Virus record (IMG/VR): IMGVR_UViG_3300045988_065517
Span: 1-51,874 of that record
Strand: one strand, 5' to 3'
DNA: 51,874 nt
Source of the DNA: a virus
The translations under genes were made by a program, and so were the position numbers. The notes beneath the pieces are model-generated. The model was not told the DNA's origin and made no database searches. It saw only the letters and a list, made by a program, of their open reading frames with translations. Below, in pieces: positions 17,192 to 26,435 of the stretch; position 1 is the stretch's first letter, and each line of letters begins with the position of its first letter.

Positions 17192-17542
17192 ATGTATTAT
17201 GTTTCTAAAAAAATGGAGATAGCAGGAGCACACCAGTTGAAATTATCTTACGAGAGTAAGTGTGAGAATCTGCACGGTCATAACTGGATTATCACTGTAT
17301 TCTGTAAATCCGAAAAATTAAATAAGGATGGTATGATTGTAGATTTTGCCAAAGTTAAGAAAGAGATTCACGGAGCTCTAGACCACAGCTTTATCAATGA
17401 TGTAGTGGAGCCCCTAAACCCTACAGCCGAGAATATAGCTAGATGGGTAGCAAGTAAGGTCACAGCCTTATGTGAAGTTGGCTATTGCTATAAAGTACAG
17501 GTTCAGGAAAGTGAAGGCAATATTGCCACATACGAGGTATAG
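17192..17542 (+). CDS. queD: 6-carboxy-5,6,7,8-tetrahydropterin synthase
   Basis: CENLHGHNW motif, about 116 aa, PTPS fold size. Confidence 0.85.
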   Translation: MYYVSKKMEIAGAHQLKLSYESKCENLHGHNWIITVFCKSEKLNKDGMIVDFAKVKKEIHGALDHSFINDVVEPLNPTAENIARWVASKVTALCEVGYCYKVQVQESEGNIATYEV

Positions 17543-17546
17543 AGAG

Positions 17547-18194
17547 ATGAGAGTTGTTGAAATATTCAAGAGTATTGATGGTGAGGGTAAGCGTGCAGGC
17601 TTACCTACCACTTTCATAAGACTATATGGGTGTAATCTAAATTGTTCCTATTGTGATACAAGATATGGGTGTGAAGATTCTAATTATACGACTATGAGTC
17701 TGGATGAGATACTAGATAAGGTTGAAGACTTAGGTGTATCTCGTGTTACTCTTACAGGAGGCGAGCCTCTTCTAAAGCCAGATGTAAAAGATTTAATAGA
17801 ACTTCTAAATCGTATGAACTATGATGTTAATATTGAGACAAATGGTTCTATAGATTTTCAACCATTTGTTAAAGGACTTGCTCACGTGTTCGTTACTATG
17901 GATTATAAATGTCCTATAAGTGGAATGGAGAAAAAGATGTATTTGCCAAACCTTAGGGCTTTACGTCAGAAGGACGTGTTAAAATTCGTCGTAGGTAGTC
18001 CAGAAGACTTAGAAAGGGCTAAATATGTTATAGAATTAGTACAGCCTAAGGCACAGATATATTTCAGTCCTGTATTCGGTAAGATAGAGCCTGCCGATAT
18101 TGTAGATTTTATTTTACAGAATAATCTAGAAAATTGTAGAGTTCAGCTACAGCTGCATAAGATTATCTGGGACCCTAATAAGAGAGGAGTATAA
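17547..18194 (+). CDS. queE: 7-carboxy-7-deazaguanine synthase (radical SAM)
   Basis: [18 protein letters not shown]...[10 protein letters not shown]. The ATG at 17547 is preferred over the track start at 17472, which lies inside queD. Confidence 0.85.
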   Translation: MRVVEIFKSIDGEGKRAGLPTTFIRLYGCNLNCSYCDTRYGCEDSNYTTMSLDEILDKVEDLGVSRVTLTGGEPLLKPDVKDLIELLNRMNYDVNIETNGSIDFQPFVKGLAHVFVTMDYKCPISGMEKKMYLPNLRALRQKDVLKFVVGSPEDLERAKYVIELVQPKAQIYFSPVFGKIEPADIVDFILQNNLENCRVQLQLHKIIWDPNKRGV

Positions 18195-18196
18195 TT

Positions 18197-18766
18197 ATGA
18201 TTAATAAAGAATTGATTGAGAAAAGCATTAGAAATATTTTAATTGCTTTAGGTGATGACCCGGAGAGAGAAGGTCTGAAGGAAACACCTAAAAGAGTTGC
18301 CAAGATGTATGAAGAAGTCTTCGAAGGAATGAACTATACGAACGAGGAAATTGCAGAAAAATTTAGCAAGTGCTTCAATACAGATAATAATGATTTGGTC
18401 GTTGTTCAGGATATTCCAATCTTCAGTTACTGCGAACACCATTTAGCTTTGATGTATAATATGAAGGTGTCTATCGCTTACATACCTAATGGTAAGGTGC
18501 TAGGTTTAAGTAAATTTGCCAGAATTGCAGAAATGGTGGGTAAGAGATTACAGTTACAGGAAAAGATTGGTAATGATATAGCCGAAGTTATTCAGTTAGC
18601 GACAGGTTCTAAAGATGTTCTTGTCGTTGTAGAAGGTGAACATTCTTGTATGACAGCTCGTGGCATCAAGAGCAGGGGTTCTAAGACACGAACCTCTACT
18701 ATTCGTGGAAACTTCAGGGATAACATTGAATTAAGAAAAGAAGCATATTCTTTAATGAATTTATAG
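18197..18766 (+). CDS. folE: GTP cyclohydrolase I
   Basis: [20 protein letters not shown] and SYCEHHL motifs. Confidence 0.9.
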   Translation: MINKELIEKSIRNILIALGDDPEREGLKETPKRVAKMYEEVFEGMNYTNEEIAEKFSKCFNTDNNDLVVVQDIPIFSYCEHHLALMYNMKVSIAYIPNGKVLGLSKFARIAEMVGKRLQLQEKIGNDIAEVIQLATGSKDVLVVVEGEHSCMTARGIKSRGSKTRTSTIRGNFRDNIELRKEAYSLMNL

Positions 18767-18780
18767 GAGGATTTTAAAAA

Positions 18781-19872
18781 ATGAAAGTAGCTACACAGAG
18801 ATTTAAAGAAGCCGTAAATAAGGCAATTAAGGGAGCTTCATTTAATAATTTAATTCCTATAACAGGAATGTTAGGCATTAAATTATCGGATGGAAAGTTG
18901 CGATTGCTTACAACAGATATGACTAATACACTATGTATTATCATTGACAAAGTAGCTGGAGACAATATGGACATTACAGTAGATGCAGATAAGTTTGGAA
19001 AGTTGATTGTCAAAACAACTTCGGAAGATATTGATTTATCTGTGAAGGATGATGTACTTTCTGTTAGGGGGAACGGAACTTATAAGATTCCATTGATTTC
19101 CGATGAAGATGGTCTTGTATCTTTCCCTGATATTAGAAGCGACACATCAGAGACAGAAGATTGGTCAACAGTTAAGTTATCCAGCATAATGCAGGCTTAT
19201 AATATTAATAAGTCAGCTTTAGCTAAAACCTTAGAGAATCCAGCTCTTACAGGTTATTACTGTGATGATAAGGTAATCACCACAGACGCCAATGTCATCA
19301 CATTCAATAATTTCAGAATGTTCACAGAAGAATTTGGACCTTTATTAATTTCAGCTCAGCAGATGCAGTTATTAACATTATATAAGGAAGAAGATATTAA
19401 GGTTACAGTTGACCAGGAAACAATCATATTCGCTACAGAATCACAGGTAATTGAAGGAAGCCTTATGGAAGGAATTGAAGATTTCCCAGTTGAAGAAATC
19501 GGAGCATATTTAGATGTTGCTTTCACTTCATCCTGTAAAGTGCCTAAGGAATTACTCTTATCTGTATTAGACAGATTATCATTATTCATAGAACCTTATG
19601 ATAAGAACGGAGCTTACTTCACTTTTGGTAGAAAGGGAATTAACATTCACAGTAAGAAAGACGCTTCTGTAGAGGCCATTAACTATGTAGAAAGTAAGGA
19701 CTTTGAACCGTTCGTGTGCTGTGTAGATATTCCAATGTTGAAAGAACAGTTGCAGGCTTACCCAGAGGAAACAGTCAAGCTCTGGTATGGGAATGAAAAT
19801 GCCTTGAAGCTGGAATGTGGAAAGGTTATTCAGGTCATCGCTTTATTAGAAGATGAAAGTCTTGAAAATTAA
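18781..19872 (+). CDS. DnaN-like sliding clamp (beta-clamp)
   Basis: 363 aa. The N-terminal pattern K..F.EAV.K......N.IPITGML.I.L.DGKL.L.TTD, then ..VDA.KF..L, parallels bacterial DnaN. Clamp-loader genes are present downstream. Confidence 0.65.
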   Translation: MKVATQRFKEAVNKAIKGASFNNLIPITGMLGIKLSDGKLRLLTTDMTNTLCIIIDKVAGDNMDITVDADKFGKLIVKTTSEDIDLSVKDDVLSVRGNGTYKIPLISDEDGLVSFPDIRSDTSETEDWSTVKLSSIMQAYNINKSALAKTLENPALTGYYCDDKVITTDANVITFNNFRMFTEEFGPLLISAQQMQLLTLYKEEDIKVTVDQETIIFATESQVIEGSLMEGIEDFPVEEIGAYLDVAFTSSCKVPKELLLSVLDRLSLFIEPYDKNGAYFTFGRKGINIHSKKDASVEAINYVESKDFEPFVCCVDIPMLKEQLQAYPEETVKLWYGNENALKLECGKVIQVIALLEDESLEN

Positions 19873-19940
19873 TACAAGATATACTATAATATGAATTGAT
19901 AAAGATTATCATTTGTTTAAATACTTTAACTTTTCTTGGA

Positions 19941-19974
19941 TAGGACCTCATTTTTTAATGGGGTTCTATTTTTT
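19941..19974 (+). terminator. Rho-independent terminator
   Basis: TAGGACCTC...GGGGTTCTA stem (2 G-U pairs) followed by T6. Confidence 0.7.
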
Positions 19975-19993
19975 AATTTTTTTAAATTTATTA

Positions 19994-20022
19994 TTGACAT
20001 ATGTATTACAATATGTTATACT
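19994..20022 (+). promoter_or_regulatory. Promoter cassette P5 (TTGACA-N17-TGtTATACT)
   Basis: Consensus -35 and an extended -10. The upstream TTTTTTAATTTTTTTAAATTTATTA block and the leader are nearly identical to P6. Confidence 0.85.
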
Positions 20023-20066
20023 GTATATACAAGTTAAGAAAAACAAAGAAAGTTGAGGTAATAAAA

Positions 20067-20240
20067 ATGACAAGAGAAAAAAGAGAATTAGCAAAAAGAA
20101 TTTTAGAGATAGGAACATTTCAAGAGACAACAGGAAGTGAAGTTTACACAAATAATTTTTATACAATGCCTATGGGTAATTTAGTAAATATCCAGTATAA
20201 AAATGGTAAGATGTATGACGTTATTAATTATGGAAGATAA
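20067..20240 (+). CDS. Hypothetical small protein
   Basis: First ORF after P5, with a GAGGTAA RBS. ATG at 20067. Confidence 0.6.
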   Translation: MTREKRELAKRILEIGTFQETTGSEVYTNNFYTMPMGNLVNIQYKNGKMYDVINYGR

Positions 20241-20263
20241 TGTATTAATTAAAGGAGGAAAAA

Positions 20264-21061
20264 TTGAGCAGGAGATTATTGAATCTCATTAATAACAGTC
20301 AACCAGAACTTCCAGCGAATAAGAAGTTCCTGGTTGATTTAATGAGTTGTATTGAGAGAAGAGAAAAAGAACATAGGAGAAGAGGTTCTAATTGGTATAA
20401 ACCATCTTCACTACATTGTATGAGGAATATGTATTTCACTAGGACAAAGGCTCCACAAGATGAGCAGTTAGTGGAATATAATTCAACAGGTATGGCTGAC
20501 ACTGGTACAAGACGCCACGAAGCAATACAGGAAGCCCTATTGGATATGCAGAAAATGGGCTATGACTGGGAATATGTAGATGTAGCTGAATATGTAAAGA
20601 AGAAACAAGAATTTGGAAAATGCAGGACTTTACAAGTGAAGGAAACAGTAGGAGCTGAAACACACCTTATAGATACAGCTTTGAATATTTCTTTTAGGTG
20701 TGATGGTATCATAAGAAGAATATCAACTAATGAATATTTCTTATTCGAATTTAAGAATGTTGTATCGTTTAAATATGCACAGTTAGACGGAAAAGCGTTG
20801 GAACAACATCATAATCAGGTAATATGCTATTGTACTGCATTAGATTTGGATAAAGCCTTTATTACATATGAAAATCGTGATGTATGCACATTGGAAGTCC
20901 CTGAAATATTCGAGGTGACACAGGATATGAAAGATTGGTTGGTTGGATATATAGCAGAGTGTGAGGGTTATGTGGAGAGAATGATAGCCCCTCCAAAGAC
21001 AGACAACTCAAAGAATTGCAGATTTTGTCCTTATAAAACAATATGCAGAAAGGTGGGATAA
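20264..21061 (+). CDS. PD-(D/E)XK nuclease, Cas4/RecB-like, with a 4Fe-4S Cys set
   Basis: TTG start with an AAAGGAGG RBS. Motifs: Cys near the N-terminus (SLHC), D..FEFK, QVICY and C-terminal CRFCPYKTIC. Confidence 0.7.
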   Translation: MSRRLLNLINNSQPELPANKKFLVDLMSCIERREKEHRRRGSNWYKPSSLHCMRNMYFTRTKAPQDEQLVEYNSTGMADTGTRRHEAIQEALLDMQKMGYDWEYVDVAEYVKKKQEFGKCRTLQVKETVGAETHLIDTALNISFRCDGIIRRISTNEYFLFEFKNVVSFKYAQLDGKALEQHHNQVICYCTALDLDKAFITYENRDVCTLEVPEIFEVTQDMKDWLVGYIAECEGYVERMIAPPKTDNSKNCRFCPYKTICRKVG

Positions 21062-21063
21062 TA

Positions 21064-21507
21064 ATGGTATATATAGGAATTGACCCTGGAAAAAACGGTG
21101 GGATAGCAATTATTGGTATTCTAGGTCAATATAGTGTTTATCCTTTTTCTGAAGAATTATTAATATCAAGGTTAGGAAGCTATGCACAGCTCAATATTCC
21201 TTGCATATGCACATTAGAACACGTTCACGCAATGCCCAAGCAAGGAGTATCAAGTACATTCAATTTCGGTATGAATTTTGGCTTCATACAGGGTGTATTG
21301 AAAGCATATGGGATACCTTATGAACTTGTTACACCTCAGAAGTGGAAGAAAGAGTTTAGCTGTACAAGCGATAAAAATACATCTATTGAAGTATGTAAGA
21401 GATTATTTCCAGGTGTGAATTTAAAAAAGACAGAAAGATGTAAAAAAGACCACGACGGAATGGCAGAAGCATTATTGATAGCAGAGTATGGAAGGAGGCA
21501 TTTATAA
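21064..21507 (+). CDS. RuvC-like Holliday junction resolvase
   Basis: MVYIGIDPGKNGGIAI (catalytic Asp), LEHVHAMPKQGVSSTFNFG, and DHDGMAEALLIAEY. Confidence 0.75.
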   Translation: MVYIGIDPGKNGGIAIIGILGQYSVYPFSEELLISRLGSYAQLNIPCICTLEHVHAMPKQGVSSTFNFGMNFGFIQGVLKAYGIPYELVTPQKWKKEFSCTSDKNTSIEVCKRLFPGVNLKKTERCKKDHDGMAEALLIAEYGRRHL

Positions 21508-22166
21508 TGGCAAGTCGTAGAGAAGGAAATGTGTGTAGTTGTTATAAAAATGGAAGATGCTTAGGCACGAAAGAAGTTGAGGTGTGCAGTTGCAAGGGTA
21601 ATACCTCGATGTGCGATTTTTATCCACAAAAAAGAAATAATAAAACTGAAACTGCTGAAGATATAATGCAGAATGTGGATAATATAAGTGATACAATCAG
21701 AAGAATATCAGATGCACTTGTAAAGAAATACTGTAGTGATTTGGATAACTTTATGCAAGTTACAAGAGACATAATAACAAGAAATGGTGATATAACAGAT
21801 GTACAGTTAGAACAGGCTATTCTTGAATTAGCCAATATATTATATTTTACAGGTTCAGCTCAGGAAGATTTAGGCATTAAAGAAGACACGTGTAAAGCTA
21901 TTAGACAGGAAGTTTATCTGAAAGCTAGGGATAGTGGAAAAGGTACAGTAGCAGATAAGACAGCTAGGGCTGAATTAGCTGCACAGAGTGAAACCTTAAC
22001 CTTGGCTATATATTCAAGAACCTATAAAAAAGTCAAGTTAAAGGTAGAAGCAGGATATGAGATGCTCAACAGTCTTAAAAAAATAATGAACAGGAGAATA
22101 TCTGAATTGGAGCTATCCAATAGCCGATATATAGGAAAAAGCAATGGAATACAAGAAAGCGATTAA
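21507..22166 (+). CDS. Hypothetical protein with an N-terminal Cys cluster. Possibly a recombination mediator, judged by position only.
   Basis: Coupled ORF directly upstream of the recombinase. The helical C-terminal half is loosely UvsY-like. Confidence 0.55.
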   Translation: MASRREGNVCSCYKNGRCLGTKEVEVCSCKGNTSMCDFYPQKRNNKTETAEDIMQNVDNISDTIRRISDALVKKYCSDLDNFMQVTRDIITRNGDITDVQLEQAILELANILYFTGSAQEDLGIKEDTCKAIRQEVYLKARDSGKGTVADKTARAELAAQSETLTLAIYSRTYKKVKLKVEAGYEMLNSLKKIMNRRISELELSNSRYIGKSNGIQESD

Positions 22167-22347
22167 AGGAAAAAATTATATGGGATTGAAAAATAAAATA
22201 TGCAAGAATCCCAGATATTGGTGCAGATGCCATCAGGTTTATCTGTCAGAAAAAGACGTTCAGCGAAAACATTGTAAAGTTAGACTATCTTTTGATATGA
22301 TAGGTAGGGAAAGATGTCATCATTTAGAAGAATTAGGAGGTAAATAA
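22144..22347 (+). CDS. Small Cys/His-rich protein
   Basis: ORF containing CKNPRYWCRCH...HC...CHH. The start is uncertain (22144 or 22180). Confidence 0.45.
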   Translation: MEYKKAIKGKNYMGLKNKICKNPRYWCRCHQVYLSEKDVQRKHCKVRLSFDMIGRERCHHLEELGGK

Positions 22348-22349
22348 TA

Positions 22350-23360
22350 ATGAGTGAAGTCGAGAACCTTATTAAAACCATAAATAAAAAGATGAAGGTT
22401 GGAAGTATTCAATTAGGAGTTGAATTTAAAGAGGTAGATAAGATTCCTTTTTCATCCTGTCGACTTAATTATATGACATATGGTGGAATACCTGTTGGCA
22501 GAGTTTCCGAGTTTTTTGGTGCTGATGGAAGTGGTAAGACAACAACAGCCGAAGATTTAGCAGGACAAGCACAAAGAAAGTTCCCTGACAGAAAAGTATT
22601 ATTCGTGGATATAGAACATACCTTTGACCCTGTATGGGCTACAAAGCTAGGTGTAGATTGTGAAGAATTACTTTATTTAGACCCTGATTCAATGGGAGCT
22701 GAAGAAGTATTCAACCTTATAATTGATATAATAGATACAGGTGAGATTAGCTTATGTATATTAGATTCAATCGGTGCTATGGTATCAATGCAGGCAAATG
22801 AGAAGCAAATAGGTGAAAGAACATATGGCGGAGTAAGTATGGCACTTACAGAGTTCAGTAGGAAGATTACTCCTATTCTTGCCAGAACTAAAACAACATT
22901 CATAGGTATTAATCAAGTTAGGGACGATATGAATAGTCCTTACGGAGGAACAACAACCACTGGCGGTAAATGCTGGCGTCATAGTTGTAGCACACGTCTT
23001 GAGTTCAGGAAAGGCTACTATATTGACGAAAAAGGTAATAAGCTATCAAGAGCTTGTGAGAATCCAGCTGGTAATATTGTAGATGTTGCCTTGGTAAAAT
23101 CTAAGGTTGATAGACCAGACCGAAAAGTAGGATTTTATACGTTGAAATATCTGGAAGGTGTGGATTATATCTCAGATGCGATTGATGTTGCGATAAAGTT
23201 GGGATTAATAGAACAGGCAGGAGCTTGGTTCTCCTTAATTGATATAGATACAGGCGAGATATTGGAAAAGGTTCAAGGCAAGCCTAAGATGATTGAATAT
23301 CTCAAGAGTAATCCTGTTCAATACGAACGATTGGAGAAGGCTATCCAAAGTAAATTATAA
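22350..23360 (+). CDS. RecA/UvsX-family recombinase
   Basis: Walker A GADGSGKTTTA and Walker B LCILDSIGAM. RecA-like length and loops. Confidence 0.8.
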   Translation: MSEVENLIKTINKKMKVGSIQLGVEFKEVDKIPFSSCRLNYMTYGGIPVGRVSEFFGADGSGKTTTAEDLAGQAQRKFPDRKVLFVDIEHTFDPVWATKLGVDCEELLYLDPDSMGAEEVFNLIIDIIDTGEISLCILDSIGAMVSMQANEKQIGERTYGGVSMALTEFSRKITPILARTKTTFIGINQVRDDMNSPYGGTTTTGGKCWRHSCSTRLEFRKGYYIDEKGNKLSRACENPAGNIVDVALVKSKVDRPDRKVGFYTLKYLEGVDYISDAIDVAIKLGLIEQAGAWFSLIDIDTGEILEKVQGKPKMIEYLKSNPVQYERLEKAIQSKL

Positions 23361-23368
23361 CAAAAAGA

Positions 23369-23404
23369 AAATCTGTAACTCAGAAAAAAGTTACAGATTT
23401 TTTT
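23369..23404 (+). terminator. Rho-independent terminator
   Basis: AAATCTGTAAC-loop-GTTACAGATTT followed by a T run. Confidence 0.85.
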
Positions 23405-23423
23405 AATTTTTTTAAATTTATTA

Positions 23424-23452
23424 TTGACATATGTATTACAATATAGTATAAT
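23424..23452 (+). promoter_or_regulatory. Promoter cassette P6 (TTGACA-N17-TATAAT)
   Basis: Consensus hexamers. Near-identical to P5 over about 95 bp, including the leader AAGTTAAGAAAACAAAGAAAGTTGAGGTAA. Confidence 0.85.
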
Positions 23453-23495
23453 GTACACATAAGTTAAGAAAACAAAGAAAGTTGAGGTAATTAAT

Positions 23496-23702
23496 ATGAA
23501 CAAATTAATGAGCAAAGATGGAGTAGAATTAAAAGTTGGTGATTGGGTAAGCGATGACAGAGGTGTCTATGAAATCAAAGAGATTAACGAACACGATGTT
23601 ATCTGTGACGATTTAGAATTTAATGAAGAAACACAGGAATTTGAAGCTGTTGATTTCTTAATCAGAACAAGAGAAGAAATCGCTAATTGCCATTATAACT
23701 AA
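23496..23702 (+). CDS. Hypothetical small acidic protein
   Basis: First ORF after P6. Confidence 0.65.
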   Translation: MNKLMSKDGVELKVGDWVSDDRGVYEIKEINEHDVICDDLEFNEETQEFEAVDFLIRTREEIANCHYN

Positions 23703-23715
23703 GGAGGAAACACTA

Positions 23716-23889
23716 ATGAAGAATTTAATCATTACTTTTTTATTACTGGTAATATTGAATATACTTCCAGGGTGGAAGGTACAAGGCATTTATCGTGTAC
23801 TGGTAAATATAAGTTTATTTATATTAGTTGATGCTACTATTGTAGAATTAGAAAGAATAATTAAATATGGAAGGAGATATAATCCGTGA
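23716..23889 (+). CDS. 57-aa membrane protein (two hydrophobic segments)
   Basis: AAGGAGG RBS. MKNLIITFLLLVILNILPGW...VLVNISLFILVDATIV. The stop overlaps the next GTG start (GTGA). Confidence 0.6.
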   Translation: MKNLIITFLLLVILNILPGWKVQGIYRVLVNISLFILVDATIVELERIIKYGRRYNP

Positions 23890-24425
23890 TAGATATATTT
23901 AATAAAATTCGTAGATTTTCCAATAATATGCAATTTGAGGAAGGCAAGCCTTTCGAGATTGTTTTAGCTGGAAAAGAAGATAAAAATTCCAGTTATAAAA
24001 AAGAAAAAATGGAAGTCGGAAAATCTTATAGAATTACGGTTAAGAAATATATGACCGAACCAGCCACATCTACATTTGACTTTCATACTAAATGGAATGA
24101 TGATAAACCGATGCCTTTGACAGTGATGCAGGGTAGCATTGAAAAGGAAACCAGAGGAATGTACTATATGAAGTTAAACGGAAAAGCAGAACCTACTTCA
24201 GTATGTATGTGCTGTGGGAAGAAATTAACTAATCCAGTATCAAGACTATATGGAGTAGGTCCTGATTGTGGTGATAGAATAGGGTTAATTAGAATTGAAA
24301 CAGAACAGGAAGCTAGAGAGAAATGGGAAGAAATTTCAAAATATCTAGCAGGTATAAGCTGGGAAGGCTGGGTAATTAAGTCCGCAATTAAAGAATGGAA
24401 GGAGATAGAAGATGGAAGAAAATAG
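23886..24425 (+). CDS. Hypothetical protein with a C-terminal CxxCG..L.NP.S...G.GP.C zinc-ribbon-like motif (DUF6011-like)
   Basis: CMCCGKKLTNPVSRLYGVGPDCGDR at nt 24204-24269. Confidence 0.55.
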   Translation: MIDIFNKIRRFSNNMQFEEGKPFEIVLAGKEDKNSSYKKEKMEVGKSYRITVKKYMTEPATSTFDFHTKWNDDKPMPLTVMQGSIEKETRGMYYMKLNGKAEPTSVCMCCGKKLTNPVSRLYGVGPDCGDRIGLIRIETEQEAREKWEEISKYLAGISWEGWVIKSAIKEWKEIEDGRK

Positions 24426-24693
24426 ACTAACAGCTGAATATGTTGGAGAAGTAATAAGTGATACACAAACCAAAGGCGAAAAAGAAAGAGAGTGTACAGA
24501 TAAGATTGTAAGACTAGCGAAAGAAATAGTGAACACTTACCGAGAATATAACCCTGATGGCAATTATCTGCATATATGCTTTTCAGGCGAAAGATGGATG
24601 GTGAGTGGTATTCCAACATTGAATATAAATAATGATTATTGGGAAGATTCCTTCAAGATAAATCATACGGAGGTGATTCGTGATGTCGACTAG
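24412..24693 (+). CDS. Hypothetical protein
   Basis: Coupled ORF, 93 aa. Confidence 0.55.
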   Translation: MEENRLTAEYVGEVISDTQTKGEKERECTDKIVRLAKEIVNTYREYNPDGNYLHICFSGERWMVSGIPTLNINNDYWEDSFKINHTEVIRDVD

Positions 24694-25030
24694 AAATTTC
24701 AGTGATATACAGGAACAGCATATAGCAAGGGTTACAGGTGGCAAAACACAGAGTAATTCAGGTGGAACAAGATTCGGTGGTGGTGATATACATACAGAAC
24801 ATTTCTTCATAGAAGCAAAAACGCCAACAACGAAAAAGTCCTCTTTTTCCATTAAGAACGAATGGATTACCAAAATGCAGGAACAAGCCTTTGAGCAGGG
24901 AAAGGAAGAGAGTGTGTTAGCTTTTAGATTTGACCCAGATGCTCACCAAGATTTCTATGTATTATCTGAAAGGCAGTTCATTGAATATTTAAATTATAAG
25001 GAGAAGCAATATGGAGAATCGCATTCCTAG
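24683..25030 (+). CDS. PD-(D/E)XK nuclease, Hjc/RecU-like
   Basis: GGAGGTG RBS. E...GG.TQSNSGG..FGGGDI....FFIEAKT... fits a D-x(n)-E-x-K core. Confidence 0.5.
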   Translation: MSTRNFSDIQEQHIARVTGGKTQSNSGGTRFGGGDIHTEHFFIEAKTPTTKKSSFSIKNEWITKMQEQAFEQGKEESVLAFRFDPDAHQDFYVLSERQFIEYLNYKEKQYGESHS

Positions 25031-25193
25031 ACCACATTGCCCTTGCAAAGATTGTACACAGAGATTCGTTGGATGTCATAGCATATGCGAGGGATACATA
25101 GATTATAAGGATAAAGCAATTAGATACAACGAAGTTATAAAGAAAAAATCATTATATTATTATATGATTAACAAGAAAGGACGTAAATATTAA
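25011..25193 (+). CDS. Small Cys-rich protein
   Basis: PHCPCKDCTQRFVGCHSIC motif. Confidence 0.5.
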   Translation: MENRIPRPHCPCKDCTQRFVGCHSICEGYIDYKDKAIRYNEVIKKKSLYYYMINKKGRKY

Positions 25194-26212
25194 TGGCAAA
25201 GACAAGTTTAGCGGTTAAATATAGACCTCAGACATTCGATGATATGACAGAGCAAAAATCAATAAAAGATATATTAGAAAATCAGATTAAAACAAAGACA
25301 TTTCAGCACGGATACTTATTTACTGGTCCTGCAGGAACAGGAAAAACTACAAGTGCCAGAATCTTCGCATCAATGATTAATGATGGAAAAGGAACACCTA
25401 TCGAAGTGGACGCAGCTTCTAATAGTGGTGTAGATAATATTAGACAGATTATAGAAGATGCGAAAAAGCACCCTTTGGATGCTGACTATAAAATATATAT
25501 AGTAGACGAATGTCACTCCTTATCTAATGGGGCGTGGCAGGCATTATTGAAGACATTGGAAGAACCACCTAAGTTCACCATATTTATATTATGTACGACA
25601 GACCCACAGAAGATTCCAGATACAATTCTATCAAGAGTTCAGAGGTATCAATTTCAGAAGATAAGCGATGATGGAATAGTTTATAGGTTAGCAAACATCT
25701 GCCAAGAGGAAGGAATACATACCTATGGAGAGTGCTTATCTTATATTGCTAAGATTGCGAATGGTGGAATGAGAGATGCCATCACTTTATTGGACAAGTG
25801 CAGTTCACTTTGTGATGAACTCACTTTGGATAACGTCCTCAACATTATAGGAACAGAGAACTACGAAACATTCTTTGATTTTCTTGAGGAGTTACTAGCG
25901 AAAAAAAGTGAATGTATACATATTATTGATGATGCATATAGACAAGGAAAAGATGTTAAGCACTTAATGAAAGAATTCGCTAAATTCTTATTAGATGTGC
26001 AGAGATATATCATATATAAGAATTTCAAGTACGTTACCATTCCAGAAACAGATGATAATAAGGCGAAGCTGGACTATTTATATACCAATAAAGTGTCAAT
26101 TATGGAAATTATTGAATTAGTTGTTGACATTAATAATCAAGTTAAATGGGATAGCGACCCTAGAACATTGATAGAATTATCTATCTTGATTTATTGTGGA
26201 AAGGAGAATTAA
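25193..26212 (+). CDS. Clamp-loader AAA+ ATPase, DnaX (gamma/tau)-like
   Basis: YRPQTFDDM...GYLFTGPAGTGKTT (Walker A), IVDECH (Walker B) and the ILSRVQRY sensor (SRC-like). Confidence 0.8.
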   Translation: MAKTSLAVKYRPQTFDDMTEQKSIKDILENQIKTKTFQHGYLFTGPAGTGKTTSARIFASMINDGKGTPIEVDAASNSGVDNIRQIIEDAKKHPLDADYKIYIVDECHSLSNGAWQALLKTLEEPPKFTIFILCTTDPQKIPDTILSRVQRYQFQKISDDGIVYRLANICQEEGIHTYGECLSYIAKIANGGMRDAITLLDKCSSLCDELTLDNVLNIIGTENYETFFDFLEELLAKKSECIHIIDDAYRQGKDVKHLMKEFAKFLLDVQRYIIYKNFKYVTIPETDDNKAKLDYLYTNKVSIMEIIELVVDINNQVKWDSDPRTLIELSILIYCGKEN

Positions 26213-26213
26213 T

Positions 26214-26435
26214 ATGATAAAAGCAGGAACAAGGTGTAGAGTATTGGGTGATAATATGAATAATTTTAATCGCGGAGATATTGTTGTAACTCTTGAGAAT
26301 GATAATATCCCATACTGCTGTTTGCTTGAGAATTATGACCCTAACAAAAGTATGGGTGACTATAATTCCAATTTAGTTTATCCTTTATTTAGCTTTGAAT
26401 TGGAGGCACTGGATGATGATTGGTCAGAAGAATAA
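26214..26435 (+). CDS. Hypothetical small protein
   Basis: AAGGAG RBS. ATG at 26214. Confidence 0.55.
   Translation: MIKAGTRCRVLGDNMNNFNRGDIVVTLENDNIPYCCLLENYDPNKSMGDYNSNLVYPLFSFELEALDDDWSEE

Noticed and set aside
17472-17546. Long N-terminal extension of QueE given by the ORF track
   Set aside because: It overlaps the queD 3' end in another frame. The conserved QueE N-terminus (MRVVEIF.SIDGEG) starts at the ATG at 17547.
24164-24619. 151-aa minus-strand ORF
   Set aside because: It lies entirely antisense to two coupled + strand genes that have RBSs. Its product is low-complexity and Leu/Ser/Phe-rich, as expected from antisense reading of AT-rich coding DNA, and it has no RBS.
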